NCBI GenBank assembly: GCA_963784325.1
Contig: CAWARC010000042.1
Location: forward strand, 26,841 to 90,840
Length of the DNA: 64,000 nucleotides
Source of the DNA: an uncultured Alphaproteobacteria bacterium
Lineage (GTDB): Bacteria; Pseudomonadota; Alphaproteobacteria; Rhizobiales; Xanthobacteraceae
Direction: 5' to 3'
The number at the start of each line of letters is the position of its first letter. The first letter of the stretch is position 1. This document shows, one piece after another, positions 37,031-52,773 of this stretch. Both the position numbers and the translations under genes were made by a program. The notes under the pieces were generated by a model. The model was not told where the DNA came from and did no database searches. It worked only from the letters and a program-made list of their open reading frames with translations.

Positions 37031-38008
37031 CTATTTCGGCAGGAACTGCTCGGTGTAGAGCGTTTTCAGATCTGGCGGCTCTTTCAGCATGCCGAGTTCG
37101 ATCCAGGACCGCGACAGTCCCTCCAGGGCCGCCTGCGAGAATTTGCCGTTGTCGGAGAACATCGGCATGATCTCGTCATAGCTGCGGCTGGTGATATCCT
37201 CGTCCTTGCCGGTGATCGGCCCTGCGATCTTCACCGTTTCGGCCTTATTCGCGCGCATGAAGGCGATGGTCTCGAACCAGCCTTTGAGGAAGTTGCGCAG
37301 ATCGTCGGGCTTGCTGGCGATATCCTTGTCGGTCGCGTAGATCACATGAATCATGAAATCCTTCATCTGCGTGAAACGCACCAGGATGCGGCCTTCGCCC
37401 TTTTTCTCCAGTTCGAATGCATTGCCGACGTCCATAATAATACCGTCGATATCGCCGCGCTTGAGCGCCGCGATCTGGCCCGGCATGGCGCCCATCGGTT
37501 CGATATTAATGCCGTTCGGCCCCCAGCCCTGGCTGCGCGATGTTTCGCTGACAAGGAAGTAAGTCAGCGATCCGGCGGTGGAGACACTGACCTTTTTGCC
37601 CTTGAGATCGGCGACCGTCTTCGGCCCATCGGGACGGACCACGATCGCGAGCAAGAGCGGCGGCCCGGCCATCGCGGCGATGGCCTTCACCGGCGAGCCC
37701 TTGGCGATAAACGCCATCGCCGGGCCCGATCCTATACCCACGTCGATACTGTCGGCGGCCATGGCCTGCTGCAGTTTTGCATCGCCGCCGAACGCGGTTT
37801 CCTGGATGGTGAGGCCGTGTTCTTTGAAGAAGCCTTTCTGCATGCCGATATCGAGCGGCGTAAACGAGAAGGGCTCCGGCACCGACTTGCCGACCCGGAG
37901 CATGTCGTCGGCCTTGGCAGTGGCGGAGATGCCGGCCATGCCGGCGGCGATGATGGCCACTGCCACAACTCGGCGCAGCGGTTTGAACGTGGCGAGCATA
38001 TTGCGCAT
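37031..38008 (-). CDS. Periplasmic substrate-binding protein (NMT1-like), paralog 2
   Basis: 325 aa; GGAGGAG RBS; signal peptide ...AAGMAGISATAKA. Shares long blocks with 38050..39036 (GGDAK.QQAMAADSIDVG.GSGP..AFI.KGSPVK.IAAMAGPPL; FLKGWFETIAFMR). Confidence 0.75.
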   Translation of the reverse strand: MRNMLATFKPLRRVVAVAIIAAGMAGISATAKADDMLRVGKSVPEPFSFTPLDIGMQKGFFKEHGLTIQETAFGGDAKLQQAMAADSIDVGIGSGPAMAFIAKGSPVKAIAAMAGPPLLLAIVVRPDGPKTVADLKGKKVSVSTAGSLTYFLVSETSRSQGWGPNGINIEPMGAMPGQIAALKRGDIDGIIMDVGNAFELEKKGEGRILVRFTQMKDFMIHVIYATDKDIASKPDDLRNFLKGWFETIAFMRANKAETVKIAGPITGKDEDITSRSYDEIMPMFSDNGKFSQAALEGLSRSWIELGMLKEPPDLKTLYTEQFLPK

Positions 38009-38049
38009 GACGGTTACTTCTCCTCCGGTCGCGCGAGATTGGAGCGTCT

Positions 38050-39036
38050 TTACTGTGTGGGCAGAAACGCCTCGGTGATGAGTTTTGTCATATCGGGTTC
38101 CTGCGGCAGCGTCTTCATCTCGACAAAGGATCGCCGCAACACCGCCAGGGCCTGCGGGTCGAAACGGCCGTCGTCGGAGAACATCGGCATCAGTTCGTCG
38201 TAGATCTGGGCCGTGAGAGTGGCGTCGGTATCCAACACCGGCATGGCGATCTTGACGGTTTCGTCCTTGTGGGTGCGCATGAAGGCGATGGTTTCGAACC
38301 AGCCCTTGAGGAAGCGGCGCAAATCGTCAGGCCTCTCCTTGATTGCCTTATCGGTGGCGAAGATCACATGGGCATGGAAATGCTTTGCTATGTCGCCGAA
38401 CCGTAAAATGATGCGCCCGTCGCCGTGATCGGCATAGTTGAGCGCAACCGCGAGATTGACGACGGCGGCGTCGATGGCCTTGGACTTCAGCGCCGCGACC
38501 CGCGCACCGTCCTCGCCGATCGGCACCGCCGTCATACCGTCGTTGCCCCAGCCCTTTTGCCGTGAAACCTCGTCAACGAGCCAACTCGTTATCGAGCCGA
38601 CGGTGGAGATGCCGACTTTCCTGCCCTTAAGATCGTCGGCCGATTTAACGTCGCCGTCATTGCGCGCGACCAGCGCGAAGATCAGCGGCGGCCCGGCCAT
38701 GGCGGCGATGCCCTTGACCGGTGAGCCTTTGACGATGAAGGCCAGACCCGGTCCCGAGCCCAATCCGACGTCGATGCTGTCCGCCGCCATCGCCTGCTGC
38801 ACCTTGGCGTCGCCGCCAAAGCTCGCAACCTGCAGATCGAGCCCGTTGCGTTTGAAGATGCCGGTCTGGCTGCCGACGTCGACCGGGACGAAGGAGAACG
38901 CCGTTCGGCCGGCCTTGCCGACCCGCAACACCTCGGCATGGGCGGAATCCGGAAAGCCGAACGCCAGCGCCATGAGCCCGGCCAAGCCAAGCAATAGGCC
39001 GCGCGCCGCGCGTCCTGCACTTGCTCGACCCATCAT
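38050..39036 (-). CDS. Periplasmic substrate-binding protein (NMT1-like), paralog 1
   Basis: ORF 38050..39081 trimmed to ATG 39036 (GGAAGGA upstream). Leader MMGRASAGRAARGLLLGLAGLMALAFGFPDSAHA. Confidence 0.7.
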   Translation of the reverse strand: MMGRASAGRAARGLLLGLAGLMALAFGFPDSAHAEVLRVGKAGRTAFSFVPVDVGSQTGIFKRNGLDLQVASFGGDAKVQQAMAADSIDVGLGSGPGLAFIVKGSPVKGIAAMAGPPLIFALVARNDGDVKSADDLKGRKVGISTVGSITSWLVDEVSRQKGWGNDGMTAVPIGEDGARVAALKSKAIDAAVVNLAVALNYADHGDGRIILRFGDIAKHFHAHVIFATDKAIKERPDDLRRFLKGWFETIAFMRTHKDETVKIAMPVLDTDATLTAQIYDELMPMFSDDGRFDPQALAVLRRSFVEMKTLPQEPDMTKLITEAFLPTQ

Positions 39037-39089
39037 GTGACCGTTCCTTCCCTTAAGCCGCATCTTATGTCTGACGCGCACTTCCTATT

Positions 39090-40910
39090 CTAGCTTGCCG
39101 TGCCGCCGTGGCGACCGGCTTTTCGCTTCATTTCGCCGCGCAGCGCCTCAGTTGCGGCGGCGTCGAGCTTGAAATCGTCGCTCATCACGACGCCATAAAG
39201 ATCGTACGCCGCGTCGCGCGAAATGAACTCCTCGCGCACGTCGTCGACCACCTTCGCCGGATCGCGGTCGCAAGGGTCGCCCCAGCCGCCACCGCCGCCG
39301 GTGCGCACGACAGCGACCGCGTCTAGAGGTACCGGCAGCCGAGCGCCGGCCAGTTGACGAAAATCGGCCTCGTCCGGCAACCGCAACAGGTAGCCGCCGG
39401 TCTCGCCCGGCGTGCCGCCGCGCAATCCCCAGGGCGGACACTGTGTGCGCCGCGTCTGTTCGAAATTCCACAACCCCTCGACCAGATTGCGAACTTTCAT
39501 GTCGATGCCCAGGCCGCCGCGATATTTGCCGGCGCCGCATGAATCGGCGCGCAGCGCGCGGCTTTCCACCAGCACGGGGCATTTCAGCTCGATGCCTTCG
39601 ATGGAGCCGTTGCGGACGTCGCCCTGGCACACCGAAACCGTGCCGGATTCGCCGTCTTCGTATGGCCGGCCGCCCCAGCCGCCGCCCTCCAGGCTTTGCA
39701 CGACGAAGCGCCGTCCGGTCTTCGGATGCATGCCGAAAAACACCACGGCGCCGCCGAGGAGGCCGTGATGACCGGCCGGCACCCGGTCGGGCATCGCCGG
39801 CGCCAGCGCCGCGACGATGCAGTCGACCACCGTCGGCACGATCGCGCTCCAGCCCGCCATCGGCGCCGGGAAACGCGCCATCATGATATTGCCTTCCGGA
39901 ATGATCACGTCGAGCGCGCGAAACGAGCCCTCGTTCACCGGATCGAGCGGACCGGTCAGCGCCTTGTATGCGACGCGCGCGCCGGCGAGCGTGCGCGAAT
40001 TGATGCCGGCCTTGCGCTCGGCCGAGCAGGCTGACAAATCGATGGTCATCGACGAGCCTTTGACCGTGACCTTGGCATGGATCGGCACGCGCTCCCCTTT
40101 GCGCACGCCGTCGTCGTCGATCGAGGCCGAGGCTTCGTAGATTCCATCGGGAAGCAGCGCCACGACATTCCGGCACTTCTGTTCGGTCTCGTCGAAAATG
40201 CGCACGATCGCCGCCAAAATCGTGTCGCGGCCGTATTTATCGAATAGTTCGTCCATGCGCCGGGCGGCAAGGCGGCAGGCCGCCATTTGCGATTTCATGT
40301 CGCCGAGCGAGGATTCGGGAAAACGAATGTTGTCCTTGATGACACGGTAGAGCGTCTCGTCGAGCACACCCTTGCGGTAGATCTTGAGCTGATCGAGTTG
40401 CATGCCCTCGAGCCAGGGGTCGGCGACTTGGGGGCCGGCGCCGAAGCCGGTCGAGGTGCCGCCGACGTCGATCCAATGGGCGCGCACCATGGCGAACATC
40501 AGAAGCTCGCCGCGGTAGAAGTACGGCATGTAAATGACGATGTTGTTGAGATGCTGGCCCGCGACCGCCTGATGATTGGTGATGATCACGTCGCCCGGTT
40601 CAAAACCCTTGGTGCCGTAGCGCTTCATGCCGTCGGTGATGATGACGCCAAGGTCGGCGACAAAGTGCGAAACGCCGCCGACATTCTGCGAGATCAGTTG
40701 GCCCTTGGGATCGACCAGCGCGGTGCAAAAGTCGCGCACTTCGTAGATCATCATATTGTAGGAGGTACGCTGCAGATCGGCGGCCATCTCGTTGGCGATC
40801 GCGGGCAGGGCGTTGCGAATGACTTCGAGTGTCACCGGATCGAGCGATACGCGCGCACGCCGGATAGATTTCGCGGCCTTGGCTTTTATGGCTTTCGGTT
40901 TTCGGCTCAT
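39090..40910 (-). CDS. Hydantoinase B/oxoprolinase family protein (HyuB-like)
   Basis: 606 aa: ...DPVTLEVIRNALPAIANEMAADLQRTSYNMMIYEVRDF...AGHHGLLGG... Confidence 0.85.
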   Translation of the reverse strand: MSRKPKAIKAKAAKSIRRARVSLDPVTLEVIRNALPAIANEMAADLQRTSYNMMIYEVRDFCTALVDPKGQLISQNVGGVSHFVADLGVIITDGMKRYGTKGFEPGDVIITNHQAVAGQHLNNIVIYMPYFYRGELLMFAMVRAHWIDVGGTSTGFGAGPQVADPWLEGMQLDQLKIYRKGVLDETLYRVIKDNIRFPESSLGDMKSQMAACRLAARRMDELFDKYGRDTILAAIVRIFDETEQKCRNVVALLPDGIYEASASIDDDGVRKGERVPIHAKVTVKGSSMTIDLSACSAERKAGINSRTLAGARVAYKALTGPLDPVNEGSFRALDVIIPEGNIMMARFPAPMAGWSAIVPTVVDCIVAALAPAMPDRVPAGHHGLLGGAVVFFGMHPKTGRRFVVQSLEGGGWGGRPYEDGESGTVSVCQGDVRNGSIEGIELKCPVLVESRALRADSCGAGKYRGGLGIDMKVRNLVEGLWNFEQTRRTQCPPWGLRGGTPGETGGYLLRLPDEADFRQLAGARLPVPLDAVAVVRTGGGGGWGDPCDRDPAKVVDDVREEFISRDAAYDLYGVVMSDDFKLDAAATEALRGEMKRKAGRHGGTAS

Positions 40911-42943
40911 CGTCCGCGTCCTACTGCAATGATCAGTTCACCGGATGGCGCGACCCGGCAGTTGTCGCCCCGATAGAGCACTGTCGTGGTGCCGTGCTCC
41001 TCGATCAGCGCCGGGCCCTTCACGCGCGATCCGGCCGCGAGCGCCTGGCGCGCATAGACCGGGCAGGAGACCGGCTTGTCAGCTTTGCCGAGATAGACCG
41101 GGCGGCGACGCGCCGGCGGCAGCTTGCCGGCGCGCTTGCGTGGGAATTTCAGCTTGGGCCGCTTGCCGATAACGGCGAGCCGGACATTGACCATCTCCAC
41201 CGGTTCCTCCGGCGAGTGGTGGGCGTAGCGTTGCTCGTAAAGACGGTTGAAGGCGGTGCGGATGCCGCGGCGGTCGCCTTTCTTCAGCTGAGCCAGCGTC
41301 ACCGGCACCGGCAAGGTGAATTCCTGACCGGTATAACGCAGATCGAGATGGATTTGCCGCACCGCGCCGCGCGCGTGCCGCAACCCGGTCTCAGCCTCCG
41401 TCGCCATCTCGTCGTGCACTTGCAGCAGGTTCTCGAAATCGATCGCCCCGAGATCGGCGTAGTAGGTGCGAATGAAATCGTGGCGCTCGTCGGCGAGCAA
41501 CATGCCAAGCGCGGAAAAGTGTGATGGGAACAGCGGCACGATCACCGTCGGGATATGCAGTTCGCGCGCAATGTCGAGGACGTGCAGCGGACCGGCGCCG
41601 CCGGAGGCGACCAGGACGAAATCGCGCGGGTCGTAGCCTTTCTCCACCGACACCTCGCGCACCGCGAGCGACATTTTATTGACCGCGATTTCGAGAATGG
41701 CCTGCGCTGCCTGGGTTACCGTTATGCTGAGGGGCTTGGCGATTTTGTCCTCGATACCCCGCGCCGCGCCGTCCGCATCGAGCTCCATGGTGCCGCCGAG
41801 AAAGTTATGCGGGTCAAGCCGGCCTAGCACCACGTTGGCGTCGGTGATGGTCGGTTCGGTGCCGCCGCCGCGATAGCAGATTGGCCCCGGGTCTGCGCCG
41901 GCGCTCTGCGGACCGACTTTCAGCGCGCCGATCTCATCGCGCCAGGCGATGGAACCGCCGCCGGCGCCGATCTCGACCACGTCGATCATCGGCACCATGA
42001 CCGGATGGCCGCTGGCATAGCCGCCGACGTAATAGCCCGGCGCCATGGTCGGTTCGCCGTCGCGGATCAGGCTTGCCTTGGCGGTGGTGCCGCCCATGTC
42101 GAAAGAGATGACGTTGCCGTAACCGAGCTTTTCGCCGACCCGCGCCGAGGCGATGATGCCGCCGACTGGGCCCGACTCCATCATCGCCGCCGGCCGCTCC
42201 TGCGCGACTTCCGGCGTCATCACGCCACCGTTGGAGCGCATGATGGAGAGATTGCCCTTAAATCCGATCGCCTTTAGCTTGCCCTTCAAGTCGCGCACAT
42301 AACCGCCGACCTTGCGGCCGACATAGGCGTTCACCACCGTAGTCGAGGTGCGCTCGAATTCGCGGTATTCGCGAAGAATCTCATGAGACAGCGAAAGGTA
42401 GGCATCCGGCAGGATGGCGCGGATGATGTCGCCGGCCGCGCGCTCATGATCCGGGTTCACGTAGGAATGCAGAAAGCAGACGGCGACCGCCTCGACGCCC
42501 TCTGCGGCGAGCGCCCGCGCCGCCGCCTCGACGCTGTCCCGGTCGAGCTTCTCGTGTACCGCGCCGGACGCCAACACGCGCTCGGAAACCTCGCGGGTAA
42601 GATACCGCGGCACCAGCGGACGGTGCCGATGAAAGAAGAGGTTGTAAGCCTCCGGCCGGTTGCCGCGGCCGATGCTGTAAACATCACGGGTTCCGGCGGT
42701 AACGACAAGGCCGGTCTTGGCGCCGGTGCGCTCGATCAGCGTGTTGATGGCGATGGTCGAGCCATGAATCAGTTCATCGATGCCGCTCGCGGTGAGCCCG
42801 CTCTTGCGCAGACAATCGATGATGCCCTGGACCAGATCGGCCGGCGTCGTGAGGCTCTTGGCGTCGACAAAGCGTCCGGCACGATCGTCGAAGCCAACTA
42901 AATCGGTAAATGTGCCGCCGATATCGATGGCAACGGCAATCAC
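40907..42943 (-). CDS. Hydantoinase A/oxoprolinase family protein (HyuA-like, ATP-binding)
   Basis: 678 aa: MIAVAIDIGGTFTDLVGFD...ISFDMGGTTAKASLI... 4-nt overlap with the HyuB-like gene. Confidence 0.85.
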   Translation of the reverse strand: MIAVAIDIGGTFTDLVGFDDRAGRFVDAKSLTTPADLVQGIIDCLRKSGLTASGIDELIHGSTIAINTLIERTGAKTGLVVTAGTRDVYSIGRGNRPEAYNLFFHRHRPLVPRYLTREVSERVLASGAVHEKLDRDSVEAAARALAAEGVEAVAVCFLHSYVNPDHERAAGDIIRAILPDAYLSLSHEILREYREFERTSTTVVNAYVGRKVGGYVRDLKGKLKAIGFKGNLSIMRSNGGVMTPEVAQERPAAMMESGPVGGIIASARVGEKLGYGNVISFDMGGTTAKASLIRDGEPTMAPGYYVGGYASGHPVMVPMIDVVEIGAGGGSIAWRDEIGALKVGPQSAGADPGPICYRGGGTEPTITDANVVLGRLDPHNFLGGTMELDADGAARGIEDKIAKPLSITVTQAAQAILEIAVNKMSLAVREVSVEKGYDPRDFVLVASGGAGPLHVLDIARELHIPTVIVPLFPSHFSALGMLLADERHDFIRTYYADLGAIDFENLLQVHDEMATEAETGLRHARGAVRQIHLDLRYTGQEFTLPVPVTLAQLKKGDRRGIRTAFNRLYEQRYAHHSPEEPVEMVNVRLAVIGKRPKLKFPRKRAGKLPPARRRPVYLGKADKPVSCPVYARQALAAGSRVKGPALIEEHGTTTVLYRGDNCRVAPSGELIIAVGRGR

Positions 42944-43253
42944 GCTTTGATCTCCCTACCGTGCGGTTTTTCCCGGTAGATAGTTGCGCAGCCCGGGTCA
43001 GGCGAATTGACTATAGTCTCCTTGCGATTTTGACCAGCGATCGTACCGCATGGCGGCAAGCCGGCATCAATGGCCTCGACACGGTCCGTATCGACAGCGT
43101 TGAGAAAATCAGCTTGCGAGCGGGTGGGCTGGCCGGTGAGCTTCGCGCCTTGCAGTCTGAATTGGCTGCAGTTATTTGCATCGAGGTCGCGCATAGGTAG
43201 TCGACGTTACTGGCAGCACCCGTGGCCGTCGGCGGCCCGGAGGTTGGTTTAAG

Positions 43254-44237
43254 ATGCAGGCGATGGTGTTGGAGCGGATAGGCGAGCCGCTCCGGCTGGT
43301 TGAACGGCCCGAGCCTGAACCGGGCGACGGTGAAGTGCGGGTGCGGGTCGCAGCCTGTGGGGTGTGCCGCACCGACCTGCATGTCGTCGATGGCGAATTG
43401 CCGAACCCTAAATTGCCGATCGTGCCGGGCCACGAGATCGTCGGCCGCATCGATGCGGTCGGCGCTGGAGTCGATGCGCTTGCGGTCGGCATGCGAGTCG
43501 GCATCCCCTGGCTCGGCAAGACCTGCGGTCATTGCCGCTATTGCCGCGAAGGCCGGGAGAATCTTTGCGATCATCCACTGTTCACCGGTTATACGCGCGA
43601 CGGCGGCTATGCCACCCATGTCGTTGCCGATGCGCGCTACGTATTCCGGCTGGCCGATGTCGGCGACGATGTTGCCGACGCGCCGTTATTGTGCGCCGGC
43701 CTGATCGGCTGGCGCTCGCTGCAAATGGCCGGCGACGGCAAGAACATCGGCTTCTACGGCTTCGGCGCCGCGGCCCACATCGTCGCCCAGTTGGCGCGGT
43801 GGCAGGGTCGTGATGTCTATGCGTTCACACGGTCGGGCGACAGCGCCGCACAGGTCTTCGCCCGGAAGCTCGGCGCGCACTGGGCCGGCAGCTCCGACGA
43901 GGCGCCGCCCGACGAGCTGGATTGCGCCATTATCTATGCGCCGGTCGGTGCGCTCGTGCCCGCGGCGCTGCGTGCGGTGCGCAAGGGCGGACGCGTAATT
44001 TGTGCCGGCATCCACATGAGCGATATTCCAAGCTTTCCTTACAGTATCCTCTGGGAGGAACGTGAGCTTAAGTCGGTCGCCAACCTCACCCGCAAAGACG
44101 GCGAAGAGTTTTTCGCCATCGTGCCGCAAGCCGGCATCGTGACGCAGACCGTGCCTTATCCACTCATCCGCGCCAACGAGGCGCTGGCGGATTTACGGTC
44201 AGGGAGGTTGCAGGGCGCCGCGGTGTTGGTGCCATAG
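43254..44237 (+). CDS. Zinc-dependent alcohol dehydrogenase family protein
   Basis: 327 aa: ...[18 protein letters not shown]...PGHEIVGRI...[15 protein letters not shown]...GFGAAAH. Confidence 0.85.
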   Translation: MQAMVLERIGEPLRLVERPEPEPGDGEVRVRVAACGVCRTDLHVVDGELPNPKLPIVPGHEIVGRIDAVGAGVDALAVGMRVGIPWLGKTCGHCRYCREGRENLCDHPLFTGYTRDGGYATHVVADARYVFRLADVGDDVADAPLLCAGLIGWRSLQMAGDGKNIGFYGFGAAAHIVAQLARWQGRDVYAFTRSGDSAAQVFARKLGAHWAGSSDEAPPDELDCAIIYAPVGALVPAALRAVRKGGRVICAGIHMSDIPSFPYSILWEERELKSVANLTRKDGEEFFAIVPQAGIVTQTVPYPLIRANEALADLRSGRLQGAAVLVP

Positions 44238-44243
44238 CACGTC

Positions 44244-45797
44244 TTATTTTGTCGCCATGGCCGCGCGCGCATTGGCTAGCGTTTGTTCCGGCGTGCCCGA
44301 GGCATCGACGATCGTCCACGTCACCGTGCCGATATCGAACGCGGCCTGCATGCGTGCGACCCGGGCGTCGGCATCCGACGCGTCGGGTCCGCGCGATCCC
44401 ACCCGGCTAAGCCGCGTCGGCAAATCGGCAACCAGGAACAGTCCGCGGAATTTCGCGTGCGCGGCTGCAGCGGCGGCCTCGATCGCGGCGCGCTCCTCCG
44501 GCCTGGCGAAGACGGCGTCGACGATGACGGAATAACCGGCGCGCGCGACGCGCACCGCCTTATCGGTCAAGCTGCGATAGATTCTGTCGGATATTTCCGG
44601 ACGATAGGCCTCGGCCGGCAACCGATCGAATTCGGCCACGCCGTAAAGCGCTTTGCGTTCCACGTCCGAGCGGAATATCAGCGCGCCGGGCGCTGGAGCG
44701 ACGTAGGGTGCAAGCGCCCGCGCCAGCAGCGATTTGCCGGTGCCCGATAAGCCCCCGGTGCAAATGATCACCGGCTCGGTGGCAGCTAGCAGCCCGCGCG
44801 CCAGATCGAAATAGCGCTTCGCCGATTGCGTGAGATCGTCCCTGTCGGCGGCGCTGGCGAGGTCGCGCCGTGTGGCGGTGACTTTGGCGCGGATAGCCGC
44901 GCGAAGCGACATGAAGAACGGCAACGCGGCAATGCCGTCGTAGTCTTCGCTACGCCGCGACGCGGCAAAATATCCGTTCAACACAATATTCGCGGCGCGC
45001 GGCAAACCGCGTTCGACCACATCCATCAAGAGGAACGCCAGGTCGTAGAGCACATCGCCTTCGGCGATGATCGGATCGAATTCCAGCGCGTCGAAGGCGA
45101 CCGGCTCGCCGTCGAGGATCGCGATATTGCCGAGATGGAGGTCGCCATGGCCGCGCCTGATCAGGCCCGCCGCGCCGCGCGCCTTAAGGAGAGACTGCAA
45201 TTTCGCGAAGGCTGCCTGCGATTCCCCTTCGAGCGCCACGACCGCTTGCGTTGGAAACAGATCGCCGTGGTCGCGGAATGCCGCTGTGTTGTCCGAAATG
45301 AACTGGGAAACCGCGGCAAGCCACGGCGCGGCTTCGACCGGCTCGGCACGGTCATGCATGGCGGCGACGGCAAGCGCGAGCTTGGCGCCGAGCGCATCGT
45401 CAAGCTCGCCGCGCTCGGCGACATGGTCGAGCGTATTGTTCTCGTCGAAGCGCGTCATCTCGACCGCCCATTCGACGGCTTCGCCGCCGCCGTCCAGGGC
45501 GAGCGAACCACCGGCTTGGCGCGTGATCGGCACGATGCGGCGATAGAGCTGCGGCGCAAATTTGCGATTGACGTCGAGTTCCGCCTGGCAGGCGGCCTTG
45601 CGCTTATCCAGCGTCGAATAATCGAGAAACGGGTAGCGCACCGCGCGCTTGACCTTGATGGCGCGTTCGCCCGCCAGGAACACGACCGCGGCATGGGTCT
45701 CGCAGCGCCGCACGGCGTCGCCTCCATAAGTCGCCGGATCGCCGAGCAGGGCGAAAACAGCATCTTGAGAAACGGCTGGTTTCGCGATCGCTGCCAT
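44244..45797 (-). CDS. Bifunctional aminoglycoside-phosphotransferase-like / P-loop ATP-binding protein
   Basis: 517 aa. N-terminal APH-like kinase fold (...HGDLHLGNIAILDGEPVAFDALEF...) and C-terminal AAA/kinase P-loop (GGLSGTGKSLLAR). Confidence 0.7.
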   Translation of the reverse strand: MAAIAKPAVSQDAVFALLGDPATYGGDAVRRCETHAAVVFLAGERAIKVKRAVRYPFLDYSTLDKRKAACQAELDVNRKFAPQLYRRIVPITRQAGGSLALDGGGEAVEWAVEMTRFDENNTLDHVAERGELDDALGAKLALAVAAMHDRAEPVEAAPWLAAVSQFISDNTAAFRDHGDLFPTQAVVALEGESQAAFAKLQSLLKARGAAGLIRRGHGDLHLGNIAILDGEPVAFDALEFDPIIAEGDVLYDLAFLLMDVVERGLPRAANIVLNGYFAASRRSEDYDGIAALPFFMSLRAAIRAKVTATRRDLASAADRDDLTQSAKRYFDLARGLLAATEPVIICTGGLSGTGKSLLARALAPYVAPAPGALIFRSDVERKALYGVAEFDRLPAEAYRPEISDRIYRSLTDKAVRVARAGYSVIVDAVFARPEERAAIEAAAAAAHAKFRGLFLVADLPTRLSRVGSRGPDASDADARVARMQAAFDIGTVTWTIVDASGTPEQTLANARAAMATK

Positions 45798-45880
45798 CCC
45801 AAACGATAGCCGCGGGCGCAGAAATCCGAAAGCGGTTCAGCCCGGCGTGGCCTCGCTTAAGTGGCGGTATTTTGATTGAG

Positions 45881-46102
45881 CTAGCAATCCATCGCAGATT
45901 CTCCAGCGGGTCGCCCGTGCAAGGACCTCGCATGTAGAACGGCTTCGCTACTTCGTTCAGCTTGGTCGGCCAATTTGAGCCAGTCGCGGGCCATGCTGAG
46001 GAGGAAGACCCTGCGGTCCACGTCGCCGATGTGCTCCGCAAGTTCGATGCAGTTGGCGGCATAGAGTTGGTAGCAAGCAATAGCTTCGCGAGTTACAGAC
46101 AT
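45881..46102 (-). CDS. Small hypothetical protein (73 aa)
   Basis: Trimmed to ATG 46102 (GGGGA upstream): MSVTREAIACYQLYAANCIELAEHIGDVDRRVFLLSMARDWLKLADQAE... Confidence 0.35.
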   Translation of the reverse strand: MSVTREAIACYQLYAANCIELAEHIGDVDRRVFLLSMARDWLKLADQAERSSEAVLHARSLHGRPAGESAMDC

Positions 46103-46246
46103 TCCCCCGAATGTCGCTGAGCGCCCCCATGCGTCTTTTGACATAAGCGGGAATCCCGACATTTGTTCCGGGTTAAACGGTTGGCCAAAGCAGCCGGGGC
46201 GGGAACGGGCGGGGCAAGAAAATTTTTACTTTTGCTGCCTTTTGCC

Positions 46247-46271
46247 GGAACCATACTCCCCGGACCGCGTT
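46247..46271 (+). promoter_or_regulatory. Sigma-EcfG-type promoter motif GGAAC-N16-CGTT upstream of the poly-HAMP kinase operon
   Basis: GGAAC at 46247-46251, spacer CATACTCCCCGGACCG, CGTT at 46268-46271. It lies 172 nt upstream of ATG 46443, same strand. Confidence 0.55.
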
Positions 46272-46442
46272 TGGGCTCAAGGCATAGAAGGTTGAGGGAC
46301 CGATCGTTGAGGGGGATCCCACGTCGGCTTAAAAACTTCTCGCCGCGGGATTTGATCCCGTGTGGCGCGATTTGCCGTGCCCGCTCCATCACCCGTTGTA
46401 TCGTAAGCTGCCAACCTGAAAGGGCTGGCTCTGGAGAGATTT

Positions 46443-52763
<6,321 letters not shown>

Positions 52764-52773
52764 GCGGGACAAG

